From a virus, in the IMG/VR virus record IMGVR_UViG_3300029343_000516: a stretch of DNA of 64,000 nt; one strand, written 5' to 3'. Under the pieces are notes generated by a model. That model made no database searches, was not told where the DNA came from, and saw nothing but the letters and a program-made list of their open reading frames with translations. Made by a program: the position numbers and the translations under genes. Shown piece by piece: positions 9,700 to 18,221 of this stretch. How positions within the stretch are numbered: position 1 is the first letter of the stretch; each line of letters starts with the position of its first letter.

Positions 9700-9705
9700 A
9701 TTATA
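9700..9705 (-). promoter_or_regulatory. candidate -10 box (TATAAT on minus strand) for the 9631 to 2279 operon
   Basis: Perfect TATAAT about 65 nt upstream of the ATG at 9631, with a weak -35 (TAGGCT) at 16-17 nt spacing. Confidence 0.3.
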
Positions 9706-9865
9706 TTCTCAAATGAATTTCAGCCTATACGCTCATCGGTTGACTGACTTATTAATTTCAGCCTTCACCTTTACCTTTTCACCATCTCAGGTTTTCAGTT
9801 CGTTTTACCTCATTTATATATTCTCTACTAAAGCAGAAGAAATCTATGTTTCTTGGTAAAAATAT

Positions 9866-9910
9866 TACTATATATAGCGTCTATATTTTCCTTAAACGCT
9901 ATATATAGTA
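9866..9910 (-). terminator. intrinsic terminator / conserved palindromic element, copy A
   Basis: Perfect 15-bp inverted repeat TACTATATATAGCGT-N15-ACGCTATATATAGTA. Lies 7 nt after the nadE stop and is followed on the minus strand by AUAUUUUUACC. Confidence 0.6.
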
Positions 9911-9916
9911 TTTCAT

Positions 9917-10654
9917 TTACGCCTGATACACAAAACTTGGCATTGGCTGTAATTTAAACAGATTTTTCTCATGCATTGAATCAATCTTAGCTTTTACTTC
10001 CTCACTTGGCTCAATTCCATCTCTGATATATGCATCTAATTCAGCATAAGTAAATCCAAGGTTATCTTCATCAGTCTTTCCACAAAGACCATCGGTAGGT
10101 GTCTTATCAACTAATTCTGACGGAAGCCCTAACTCACGACCGATAGCTTTAACCTCTGTTACTGTAAGATTTTCTAGTGGACTAAAATCACCAGCAGCAT
10201 CGCCAAACTTGCTACAATATCCAACCCAATTTTCTGAAAGATTACACGTATTAGCGACACGACCATTTACTGTCTGTGATACTGCATAAAGTGTAGCCAT
10301 ACGAATACGAGCAGGAAGATTTGTTATTGTCTGAATTGATAACTCTTCATCTAATGATGTTTTAATTTCATATTCAGTAACATTCACAATTGTTCCGACT
10401 GGAATAATAGTACGTGGAATGTCTAAAAAACTGCAAAGTTTACGACTATATTCAATATCTCTTTGTCTTCCCTGTGGCATCATCACACCAAAAACTCTAT
10501 CCTTGCCAAGAGCTTCACAACATAAGCCAGCAACAACGCTTGAATCCTTACCGCCAGAAATTCCAACTACTGCCATACAATCTTTACCATTCTGTTCAAA
10601 CCAATCTCTAATCCACTCTACGATTTCATTCTTTACTTTCTTAGCATCAAACAT
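9917..10654 (-). CDS. nadE: NH3-dependent NAD+ synthetase
   Basis: PP-loop SGGKDSS. KFGDAAGDFSPL and PTDGL...EDNLGFTYAELDAY align with E. coli NadE (KYGDGGTDINPL; PTADLEDD...LGVTYDNIDDYLEG). 245 aa. Confidence 0.85.
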   Translation of the reverse strand: MFDAKKVKNEIVEWIRDWFEQNGKDCMAVVGISGGKDSSVVAGLCCEALGKDRVFGVMMPQGRQRDIEYSRKLCSFLDIPRTIIPVGTIVNVTEYEIKTSLDEELSIQTITNLPARIRMATLYAVSQTVNGRVANTCNLSENWVGYCSKFGDAAGDFSPLENLTVTEVKAIGRELGLPSELVDKTPTDGLCGKTDEDNLGFTYAELDAYIRDGIEPSEEVKAKIDSMHEKNLFKLQPMPSFVYQA

Positions 10655-10670
10655 TTATATATTCTCCTTT

Positions 10671-11297
10671 CTACATTCGATTCATCACATCATAGAACCG
10701 AATTAAATACTCATATACATTTCTAGGAACTAATTCTTTTACCTTTTCAAATTCACCCTTTTCACATAAATCTCTAACCAAACTTGAAGAAGTATGATTT
10801 TTTGGTATCTGAATTTCTGTGAAGTGATCTTTATATTCCATAAGATTTGCTTCTCTTAAAGCAGTCTCAAGATTCTGACCTTCTCTCACACATGCTACAA
10901 AATTATATTCCTCAACAAACGGTTTCCAATTATACCAAGTTGTAAGTGGTTCAATATTATCCATTCCTAAACAAATATAGTATTCGTTGAAGATATAATC
11001 TTTTTCATTTATATCTCTTATCTGAGTAATAGTATTGTATGTCCTCTGTGGAAAGAAGCTGGTTGTTTCAACTTCGGATGCCCACATATTATTTTCCTCA
11101 CAATTTGGCATTGAATTAATCAGCGATACTCGACAATATCCAGGTATCAAAGTCTTTTTCTTCGCAACATATGTATCATGTGCAGGAATAAACAATATAG
11201 CATCAGCATTAACCGCTTTTTTAGCAGTCAATGCCATATCAACATGGGCGTTGGTAATTGGATTAAAACTTCCTGGTATAAGTAAAATTTTATTCAT
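10671..11297 (-). CDS. nadD: nicotinate/nicotinamide mononucleotide adenylyltransferase
   Basis: N-terminal LLIPGSFNPITNAH is the (H/T)xGH nucleotidyltransferase motif of NadD/NMNAT. 208 aa, flanked by nadE and pncB. Confidence 0.8.
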   Translation of the reverse strand: MNKILLIPGSFNPITNAHVDMALTAKKAVNADAILFIPAHDTYVAKKKTLIPGYCRVSLINSMPNCEENNMWASEVETTSFFPQRTYNTITQIRDINEKDYIFNEYYICLGMDNIEPLTTWYNWKPFVEEYNFVACVREGQNLETALREANLMEYKDHFTEIQIPKNHTSSSLVRDLCEKGEFEKVKELVPRNVYEYLIRFYDVMNRM

Positions 11298-12498
11298 GAT
11301 TCATTCTCCAATTAATACATCTCTTTAGATAATCAACATAATCAGGGTTTTTACACATACCTTTACCTTCTACATCAGACACTTTTGCAACATCCATACC
11401 GTTACATTTAGTGGTTTTCATTACAATATTTAAAACAGGAACATCTGTGTCATTACTCAAATAAGTACCAATTCCAAATGCAACGTTTACTCTATCATGG
11501 AAGTGTCTGAATAACTTATCAGCTCTTTCAAAATCAAGACTGTCACTAAACAGAAGTGTCTTTGTCTTAGGATTGATACCAAGTGACTCATAATGATTAA
11601 TCATCTTTTCACCCCATTCAATCGGATCTCCACTATCATGTCTTACACCACTGAATAATGTTGCATATGTCAACTGAAAATCTTTCAAGAAACAATCAGT
11701 TGTAATTGTGTCTGTGAGAGCAATACCATTTAACACACCATACTCTCTAACCCATGCGTCTAAGGCATACCAGTTTGAATATGCTGGATTGTGCTTGTGA
11801 TTTCCCTGACCAGAACACATAATCCATTCATGAGCCATAGTTCCAACAGGCGTGAGATTATATTTCTTTGCGAGATATACATTAGATGTACCAACAAATT
11901 TAGATGGACTGTGTAATGTATCATTCAAATGTGAAAACTTCTCAACAGCTAACTCCTGTGCTTCAGCAGAAAGTCTTCTTCTAAGACCAAATTCAGAAAA
12001 TGTACCAGCGTACCAATGACCGCTTCTGAGATTTTCATACTTTTCATCTAATCTCTTTTTGAAACTATTAAGCAATTCCTCATAGTTATATGCCATTCTA
12101 AAATATACTTCGTTCACAATCGCAAGTGTAGGAATCTCATACATAGATGTATTAAGCCATGTACCAAATGTTTCGATAGAAAGACCGCAATCTGAATCTG
12201 TTGTAATCTCAAAATCCTCATATCTGGGCTGCCATAATCTTAAAAAATCAACATACGAGCCCTTTATCCATTTGATATTGTCAAGGTAAGTAAGTTCATC
12301 TTCTGTGAATCTCAAACCACAATATAATTTAATCTGTCTGCGAATCTCTTCTACCATTTCTTGTGTAAAGTGAACATCCTTATTACGACATTTAAAACTC
12401 CAAGTGGTTTTATAATCACTAAACTGATGATAAATAGCCTGTCCCATACTTAATTTGTACATATCGGTTTCTAATAAACTTGTAATAATCTGCTCCAT
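11290..12498 (-). CDS. pncB: nicotinate phosphoribosyltransferase
   Basis: LLETDMYKLSMGQAIYHQF matches E. coli PncB LLDTDAYKLHMQQAVFHHY, and the roughly 400 aa length fits. I placed the start at the internal Met (MEQIITSLL), which has SD GAAGGAAA. The longer listed ORF start would read through the upstream gene. Confidence 0.8.
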   Translation of the reverse strand: MEQIITSLLETDMYKLSMGQAIYHQFSDYKTTWSFKCRNKDVHFTQEMVEEIRRQIKLYCGLRFTEDELTYLDNIKWIKGSYVDFLRLWQPRYEDFEITTDSDCGLSIETFGTWLNTSMYEIPTLAIVNEVYFRMAYNYEELLNSFKKRLDEKYENLRSGHWYAGTFSEFGLRRRLSAEAQELAVEKFSHLNDTLHSPSKFVGTSNVYLAKKYNLTPVGTMAHEWIMCSGQGNHKHNPAYSNWYALDAWVREYGVLNGIALTDTITTDCFLKDFQLTYATLFSGVRHDSGDPIEWGEKMINHYESLGINPKTKTLLFSDSLDFERADKLFRHFHDRVNVAFGIGTYLSNDTDVPVLNIVMKTTKCNGMDVAKVSDVEGKGMCKNPDYVDYLKRCINWRMNHE

Positions 12499-12499
12499 A

Positions 12500-13054
12500 T
12501 TAATTTCCTTCTTTCTTGATTTGATTAAATATTGTTCTAATATCATATTCTCTGTTTTCGTACTCATAAAACAGATTAATATACTTATCAATAAAAGCCA
12601 TGTCATTTGGATGCATTGCAATTGGTTTACTTTTCTTAGATTCCCACCATTTTAATTCCTTCTCAAAATTAAATGATTTACCATGATATGCTCTACCTGC
12701 TCCAAGATAATCACAAAGCATTTCTTTTTTATACTTCATTGGCATTTCAATAGGATTTCCACCATTATCAAAATTGTCCTGCCAATATTCGTAATGGTGC
12801 TTGTTTCTTCCTTTATGGTGCATCCAAGCTGCTGACCAACCATTCTCTTTCTTGCAAGCATCTATTGGACTTGAAGTACCTTGATAATACTTAACACTCT
12901 CCCAAAATTCCGTTGGAGAAAATTTAGATAAATCATGTACTAACCCTTGAAATGGAATTCCCACTTTACAGCAATAGTAGAACACCCAATGTTTATGCGT
13001 ACAGACTTTCTTAAAATGTCTGAAAGTATTAATGATATAATTCTTATACTTCAT
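12500..13054 (-). CDS. HD-domain metal-dependent phosphohydrolase-like protein
   Basis: H...HD pattern (THKHW ... GLVHDLSKF ... HHKGRNKHH). Start placed at MKYKNY, which has SD GGAGAG. Embedded between pncB and a radical SAM gene. Confidence 0.5.
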   Translation of the reverse strand: MKYKNYIINTFRHFKKVCTHKHWVFYYCCKVGIPFQGLVHDLSKFSPTEFWESVKYYQGTSSPIDACKKENGWSAAWMHHKGRNKHHYEYWQDNFDNGGNPIEMPMKYKKEMLCDYLGAGRAYHGKSFNFEKELKWWESKKSKPIAMHPNDMAFIDKYINLFYEYENREYDIRTIFNQIKKEGN

Positions 13055-13688
13055 TATTCTCTCCAATCTTTCTATACTCCGTATATACTTTGTTTTCACA
13101 GTAATACAAGTTATAATCACACTGTTCAATGTACCACCATAACTTCTGATGTCCTTCTTTAAGATATTCTCTACAATAATCTGTTTCCTGATAGTGATTA
13201 TCTACCATCTGTCTGAAACTCAACTCATCAATAATACCTGAGTTATGACAATATACTGCTATTCTGTTAATTAAATCCTCTGTGAAATTTTCCGTGACCA
13301 CAAATACAACTCTGACAATTTCGTTTTTTAATCGCTTGATGGATTTTAATTGTTTAAAATCATGTAAATGGTATACAACTCTGTCAAAATATGCATATGG
13401 TGCATCTTTTACATTTGGCATACTTGTATGTAGCTCTATCTGAACTCTATGTAAAGTTATATCGAAGAATTTCCTATACCACTCTACATTATTTTCTAAA
13501 TTCCATAATGGATCTCCACCACCAGATATTGATACCCAATTACACTGATTTTTCTTAATCTCCTCTTCCAAAGAGTTCAATCCATCAATCGTACTCTTTG
13601 GAATCTGAAGGTTATTATTCTTTACAATGCAATATGGACATGAATAGTGGCATCCAAAATTGGTTATCACACTCATGTACTTATCCAT
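13044..13688 (-). CDS. radical SAM protein (small, NrdG/PflA/QueE-like activase fold)
   Basis: N-terminal CxxxCxxC cluster (FGCHYSCPYC) and ISGGGDPL (the GGEPL-like SAM motif). 214 aa. Confidence 0.7.
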   Translation of the reverse strand: MDKYMSVITNFGCHYSCPYCIVKNNNLQIPKSTIDGLNSLEEEIKKNQCNWVSISGGGDPLWNLENNVEWYRKFFDITLHRVQIELHTSMPNVKDAPYAYFDRVVYHLHDFKQLKSIKRLKNEIVRVVFVVTENFTEDLINRIAVYCHNSGIIDELSFRQMVDNHYQETDYCREYLKEGHQKLWWYIEQCDYNLYYCENKVYTEYRKIGENNEV

Positions 13689-13691
13689 ATT

Positions 13692-14201
13692 CTACTCTCC
13701 AATCACTTCAATCTGACAACTTTTCATAACTTCCATAGCCGCTTTATGTTTATCAGGTGTGACTCCTGCACAGCAACTTGCATCTACTGTGACATTAATA
13801 AATGGATAATCAGCTTTAATAATTAAAGCATTTGATACTACACAAATTTCGCTACAAAGACCAATAAGTTCTATATCATTGTTAAATCCAAAGTCAGTCC
13901 AATGTGTCCAACCAAAAGATTCCTTATTGATATATGCACAATTTGGAACTTCTAATCCGTCTGCAATCTGCCATCCATGAGTATTGTAAATACAATGTTC
14001 AACTGGTAACTTGATACCTTCTGGTGTACTTAAATAGTTTTCATAATGTGTATCTCTTGTGAAAATAATTCTATCTCCACGATTATAATATTCTTCAATT
14101 TTCTTCTTGACATTTGGAACAATTGCCTGTGCTTCCTTTGTACCGAGTGAGCCATCAATAAAATCATTCTGCATATCAATTACAATTAATGTTTTGCTCA
14201 T
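13692..14201 (-). CDS. pncA: nicotinamidase (isochorismatase-family cysteine hydrolase)
   Basis: LIVIDMQNDF signature (catalytic Asp) plus the conserved Lys and Cys (LCSEICV) of the isochorismatase/PncA family. 169 aa. Confidence 0.75.
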   Translation of the reverse strand: MSKTLIVIDMQNDFIDGSLGTKEAQAIVPNVKKKIEEYYNRGDRIIFTRDTHYENYLSTPEGIKLPVEHCIYNTHGWQIADGLEVPNCAYINKESFGWTHWTDFGFNNDIELIGLCSEICVVSNALIIKADYPFINVTVDASCCAGVTPDKHKAAMEVMKSCQIEVIGE

Positions 14202-14286
14202 TTTGTTACCTCTTTTCTTTATTTTTATATGTATTTATTCTCTAAAAACCCAAAAGAAATTCCGCTTTCTTTCGGTCTTGGTTTTT

Positions 14287-14334
14287 ATACAATATATAGT
14301 ATTTCTTGCAATTCCTTGATACTATATATTGTAT
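14287..14334. terminator. conserved palindromic element, copy B
   Basis: Perfect 16-bp inverted repeat ATACAATATATAGTAT-N16-ATACTATATATTGTAT immediately after the MTase-remnant stop. U-rich flank on the plus side, A-rich on the minus side. Confidence 0.5.
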
Positions 14335-14339
14335 ATTAT

Positions 14340-14690
14340 TTTAGTTTTCTACTGTCATAGATGTTTCCCATACCATAACCATGAGTGCAAGCCATTAATG
14401 TGAAACAAATACCCTCTATTCCAATAACTCTACCGCCAATAAGACTATTCTCACTTACAGTTCCAACTCTTTGTACATCGTTTTCATAAGTTAATTTTGA
14501 ATAGAGGGTAAATTAAAATTTTTTGCCACCGTATACAAGTAACTGAACCCACCAGCATTACCTACAGGCTGTGCCAATAAACACATTGCTACATGATCTG
14601 AATCATATACTCTATTACCCTGACGAAATTGCTTTCCAAAATTTATTTCACCGACACCACCAACTAACTGTGGTTTATCACCACAAGCAG
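14340..14690 (-). pseudogene. degraded C5-cytosine methyltransferase fragment (frameshifted)
   Basis: Two reading frames give GKQFRQGNRVYDSDHVAMCLLAQPVGNAGGFSYLY and GGRVIGIEGICFTLMACTHGYGMGNIY. Both resemble the QGxRxY...TL.A..GGG motif VIII-IX region of C5-MTases. No intact ORF of 60 aa or more. Confidence 0.5.
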
Positions 14691-14693
14691 AAC

Positions 14694-16202
14694 TTAATCC
14701 ACTTGTGGCTGATGAAAATTTACCATCTTCTCATCTGTACAAATATATGTATTGTCATACTGAGCCTTATATAAATGCTCAATCAACAAAGAGATGCAAG
14801 TTGTCACTATACTGTTACCGCTTTGTTTATATCCCTGAGTATCAGACATTCCAACTGCTTTACAGTTCTCATAATCAATATCATCGAATCCCATGAGCCT
14901 GTGGCACTCTTTTGGCGTGAGCTTCCTCACAACTCTTAAATTGTCTCTTTCAACTTTTGGTTCTGTATTACCGCCACCACAAGTATGCATAGCTGGTGCA
15001 ATTCCATCTTCGCTATATACTCTGCGAGACTGTTCATGCATTCTCTGAAACTTTTCGCTGCATAAATCAGCAATATGTATTGGTTCGTTTGAGTCGGCAA
15101 GAATCTGTTTTGGCTGTTTATAATCGGTTGCCACTAAAGTACCCATTACTGAATCCTGCTGATAAACTAAATCTCTGTTACCTAATCTGGTACAATTTTG
15201 TCCAATTGTTGTTCCTACTACATTCTTTTCAAATTTTGGATCTGTTATCTGAAGTCTTTTCTGTACTTCATCAGATAAGAAATATTTCTCCAGAACACTG
15301 CTATCTGTTTCTAATAAATCCTTTAATCTGATTCCTGTATCAAAAGGCTGTGGAAATTCAAAAGACTTGGTATCAATATCCTTACGAATAGAGATACAGA
15401 AGATTCTATTTCGATTCTGTGGAATACCTGTATTCTTTGCATTGATTGTCTGATAATATGAGTTATATCCCAAGTTATCAAGCCGAATCAGCCAATCCTT
15501 AAAACTGTCAATATACTTCTTTGATACAAGAGCATCTACATTCTCCATAAGCAAATACTTTGGTAATGTATTATTCTCTTTTGCTTTTACAAGAAGTCTC
15601 TCAACTTCATACAATAAACCTGAACGAGTTGATTTAATGTTGTGGTTGCCACAATTAGGGCATGTATAACGAGTATCTACGTCTAATTCAGATGGATCAT
15701 ATTCACAACCACAATCATGACATGTCCACTTTAATCCTTCCTGCTTACCGGCGATTGACAAATCTGTACATGGAGTCGAGTATGTAAGTAAATCACTATA
15801 TGGCAGTGACTCAATCTGCATCATATCGCCAAGATTATGTGAAATATGGTCTGCTAACCAATATTTCTCAATACCTTTTGCCTTGTTCTTCTTTCGTGAA
15901 AGCTTCTCCCAATCATACGGAACATCTTTCTTAAAATCATATCCAAGTCTCTTATCTGTAAGCTGTTTTACCATTTCTTCTTTACTTGGATAATCTTCAT
16001 AATTTTCAATCATCTCATTAGTTAATCCACAATGAATTGCAGCATAACTAACTACTACTTCTTTGTCTAAATCTGCTGTTGCAATCATATTTGCATTGAA
16101 GAGATGAGTATTATCAATTCCCTTCATCTGCGCACCAATACCACTGCAAAGCTCAATTACACTTAACTCACAATAATTATTTTTTTCTTTATTCTCTGTC
16201 AA
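14694..16202 (-). CDS. dcm: DNA (cytosine-5)-methyltransferase
   Basis: Motif I LCSGIGA (FxGxG), motif IV TPCTDLS (PC), motif VI LMENV, RKLTPKECHRLMGF and motif X GNSIV. An inserted zinc ribbon (CHDCGC ... CPNCG). Only TTG is available as a start, at 16200-16202. Confidence 0.85.
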   Translation of the reverse strand: MTENKEKNNYCELSVIELCSGIGAQMKGIDNTHLFNANMIATADLDKEVVVSYAAIHCGLTNEMIENYEDYPSKEEMVKQLTDKRLGYDFKKDVPYDWEKLSRKKNKAKGIEKYWLADHISHNLGDMMQIESLPYSDLLTYSTPCTDLSIAGKQEGLKWTCHDCGCEYDPSELDVDTRYTCPNCGNHNIKSTRSGLLYEVERLLVKAKENNTLPKYLLMENVDALVSKKYIDSFKDWLIRLDNLGYNSYYQTINAKNTGIPQNRNRIFCISIRKDIDTKSFEFPQPFDTGIRLKDLLETDSSVLEKYFLSDEVQKRLQITDPKFEKNVVGTTIGQNCTRLGNRDLVYQQDSVMGTLVATDYKQPKQILADSNEPIHIADLCSEKFQRMHEQSRRVYSEDGIAPAMHTCGGGNTEPKVERDNLRVVRKLTPKECHRLMGFDDIDYENCKAVGMSDTQGYKQSGNSIVTTCISLLIEHLYKAQYDNTYICTDEKMVNFHQPQVD

Positions 16203-16220
16203 AATCCTTTAATCTACAGA

Positions 16221-16232
16221 GATTGCGCAATC
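16221..16232. promoter_or_regulatory. 12-bp perfect palindrome GATTGCGCAATC upstream of the C5-MTase start
   Basis: Perfect dyad 19-30 nt upstream of the TTG start; a candidate operator. Confidence 0.3.
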
Positions 16233-16389
16233 ATTTATCCTAGAATTTACTGTTAATTCCTTTCTTCTTAATTATTTTATTGTAAAATCCTATGGAATTT
16301 GCACGTCTGCAAAAACCATAAGAAAAAAATATTTCATTTTACTTTATTTTTGGAAACACTTGAACGAATGTACAAGTTAAGAAATATTC

Positions 16390-16764
16390 TCACTGATTTT
16401 CATTAATCAGCATATCTTCCAGTTTATAAATTTCATCTTTTAGAGATCTAATTCTGGTTCTAACCAATTTATTAAATCCCCATACAGCTTCCTCGTATGT
16501 ATCAGCAAAGAATCTCGCATATATAGTTACACCATTCTTTTTCAAATCTTTACCATTTGCTTTATATTCATAGAAATATTTATCTTCTTTGATTCTCCCC
16601 TTTACGGGCTTACACATAAGATTTAATGCTCTCTCATCTTCCTTGTATGCAAAAGCCCAAAAATCTTTATTATAATGTGTTCCATCATCAATGTATTGTA
16701 AATCATTAAAGATATTTCTATATATACCATTATATCTTGCATCTATATTGTTACAATAAATCAT
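16390..16764 (-). CDS. hypothetical protein (124 aa)
   Basis: ORF in the array. Confidence 0.45.
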   Translation of the reverse strand: MIYCNNIDARYNGIYRNIFNDLQYIDDGTHYNKDFWAFAYKEDERALNLMCKPVKGRIKEDKYFYEYKANGKDLKKNGVTIYARFFADTYEEAVWGFNKLVRTRIRSLKDEIYKLEDMLINENQ

Positions 16765-16799
16765 TTTCTTACCTCGCTTTGCTTGGAAAATTTGGCTGA

Positions 16800-17096
16800 T
16801 CAGCCTTTGAATAGAATCTCTATTTGAAATTTCTTTAATTCATCTTGAATCATCTTCTGTATATCTTCTTTGTCAAAAGATATATTTGCAACTGGAATAA
16901 TATTTGCATTTTGATTAACATCGCCAACAAGAGCATTATCAAATGCCTCTAAAAACATTTCTGCAATTTCTTTTTCATAGTTGCCACACATTCCATCGTA
17001 GTTAATATCTGCAATTACTCTCGAAAAGAAATCTTTGAACTTATCAGCGATAAAATCTTTCTCATACCCTATTGGAATATCAATTGTTAATTTCAT
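16800..17096 (-). CDS. hypothetical protein (98 aa)
   Basis: ORF in the array. Confidence 0.45.
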   Translation of the reverse strand: MKLTIDIPIGYEKDFIADKFKDFFSRVIADINYDGMCGNYEKEIAEMFLEAFDNALVGDVNQNANIIPVANISFDKEDIQKMIQDELKKFQIEILFKG

Positions 17097-17110
17097 TCTT
17101 TTATCTCACC

Positions 17111-17545
17111 TTACTTCCCAAATGGATTCTCCATAATACAATGGTCAACCATATCTTTAAATGCAAAAGGTGAATCAATCACTCTATTTGAATATCTGAA
17201 ACGCTTTAAAAACTCAAGTACCTCATGTGCATCTCTATGTGATAATGGAATAAATGATACATACTCTGGATGACCTTTAATGCATACAACCGCCCAAGAA
17301 TGGTCATCAGAACAAAAACCAACATCCGTTCCAACATCTACCATCGAGTTCATCATCTTGTGACAATCATCAACCAATTTATAAGAATCTTCATATGCAA
17401 TAGTTGCATCAGACAACCGTATATTGGCATATTCGCATCTTCTTCTTGCGTTATTGTATGATTTTTTAGCTGCTTCCACTTGAAATAAATCATCTTCTAA
17501 TAACCAATGTCTCAATTTATCTCGTATTTTATCCTTTAATTTCAC
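17111..17545 (-). CDS. hypothetical protein (144 aa)
   Basis: ORF in the array. Confidence 0.45.
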   Translation of the reverse strand: MKLKDKIRDKLRHWLLEDDLFQVEAAKKSYNNARRRCEYANIRLSDATIAYEDSYKLVDDCHKMMNSMVDVGTDVGFCSDDHSWAVVCIKGHPEYVSFIPLSHRDAHEVLEFLKRFRYSNRVIDSPFAFKDMVDHCIMENPFGK

Positions 17546-17551
17546 ACTCTC

Positions 17552-17995
17552 TCACCTCTTACATACCAAAATCTCAACATCTGTATCCGCAAAAATGTTT
17601 TTAATCTGTTCAGAGACATCATTCCAGTTCAATCTATCTAAGCCACAACCAATTACAGGCATTGCAATCTTCTTGATATTATTCTCCAAACAAATCTGTT
17701 TCATCTTTTCAAGTGCAAGTCTCATTGTAATTGTTGTTGGTTTGTGAAAATATCTCTCTTTTGTAATAAGATTTAATACCCTATCTTCTAATAGACAATC
17801 ACCACCAATCCTCTTATGAGTATACCGGTCAAAATAATATGGATATTTTGTCAGCAACCTTCTCTTCATATCAAACCTTTTATTGAACTCAACTACAATT
17901 CCTTTACCCATTCCAAAATCTGCACTGATACAATGTGCTAAATAATAATCTTCTGGTACTGTAAACAAGTCTTTATTTTCTTCTCTATATTTCAC
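17552..17995 (-). CDS. macro domain protein, Poa1p/TARG1(OARD1)-type ADP-ribose-1''-phosphate phosphatase / ADP-ribosyl hydrolase
   Basis: [19 protein letters not shown] and [21 protein letters not shown] align closely with human OARD1/TARG1 ([40 protein letters not shown]). 147 aa. Confidence 0.8.
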   Translation of the reverse strand: [147 protein letters not shown]

Positions 17996-18216
17996 TATTT
18001 CACCTCGCTTACCACTTTTATCTTACATTCGATTTCTACAACTTCTAGCTGCCTATCAGCGTTATAACGTCTTGACTTGAATCTTCTAACCGCATTCTCA
18101 GCAGTTTTTCTTGTTTCCCAATATTTGTGTCGTGGGTTTGTAAGATTACTTAGTAATTTTCCTGTTAATTTATCCATTACACCATATAATGTAAATTCAT
18201 TTTCCATCTCTTTCAC
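17995..18216 (-). CDS. hypothetical protein (73 aa)
   Basis: ORF in the array. Confidence 0.4.
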   Translation of the reverse strand: MKEMENEFTLYGVMDKLTGKLLSNLTNPRHKYWETRKTAENAVRRFKSRRYNADRQLEVVEIECKIKVVSEVK

Positions 18217-18221
18217 CTCAC

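Noticed and set aside
9917-10654. QueC (7-cyano-7-deazaguanine synthase), considered because of the SGGKDS PP-loop and a nearby radical SAM gene
   Set aside because: C-terminal blocks match NadE, not QueC. No QueD, FolE or DpdA genes are present.
11290-12621. Calling the 443-aa ORF a nicotinamide phosphoribosyltransferase (NAMPT/NadV, NARP2-like)
   Set aside because: The N-terminal block aligns specifically with PncB (nicotinate PRTase), and the operon also has PncA and NadE, which are only needed for the nicotinate route. The listed N-terminal extension overlaps the upstream gene.
14235-14286. Possible second hairpin or attenuator just upstream of the pncA RBS
   Set aside because: The stem is only A-U pairs plus two G-C, and the supposed U-tract is itself part of the stem. 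It is not convincing.
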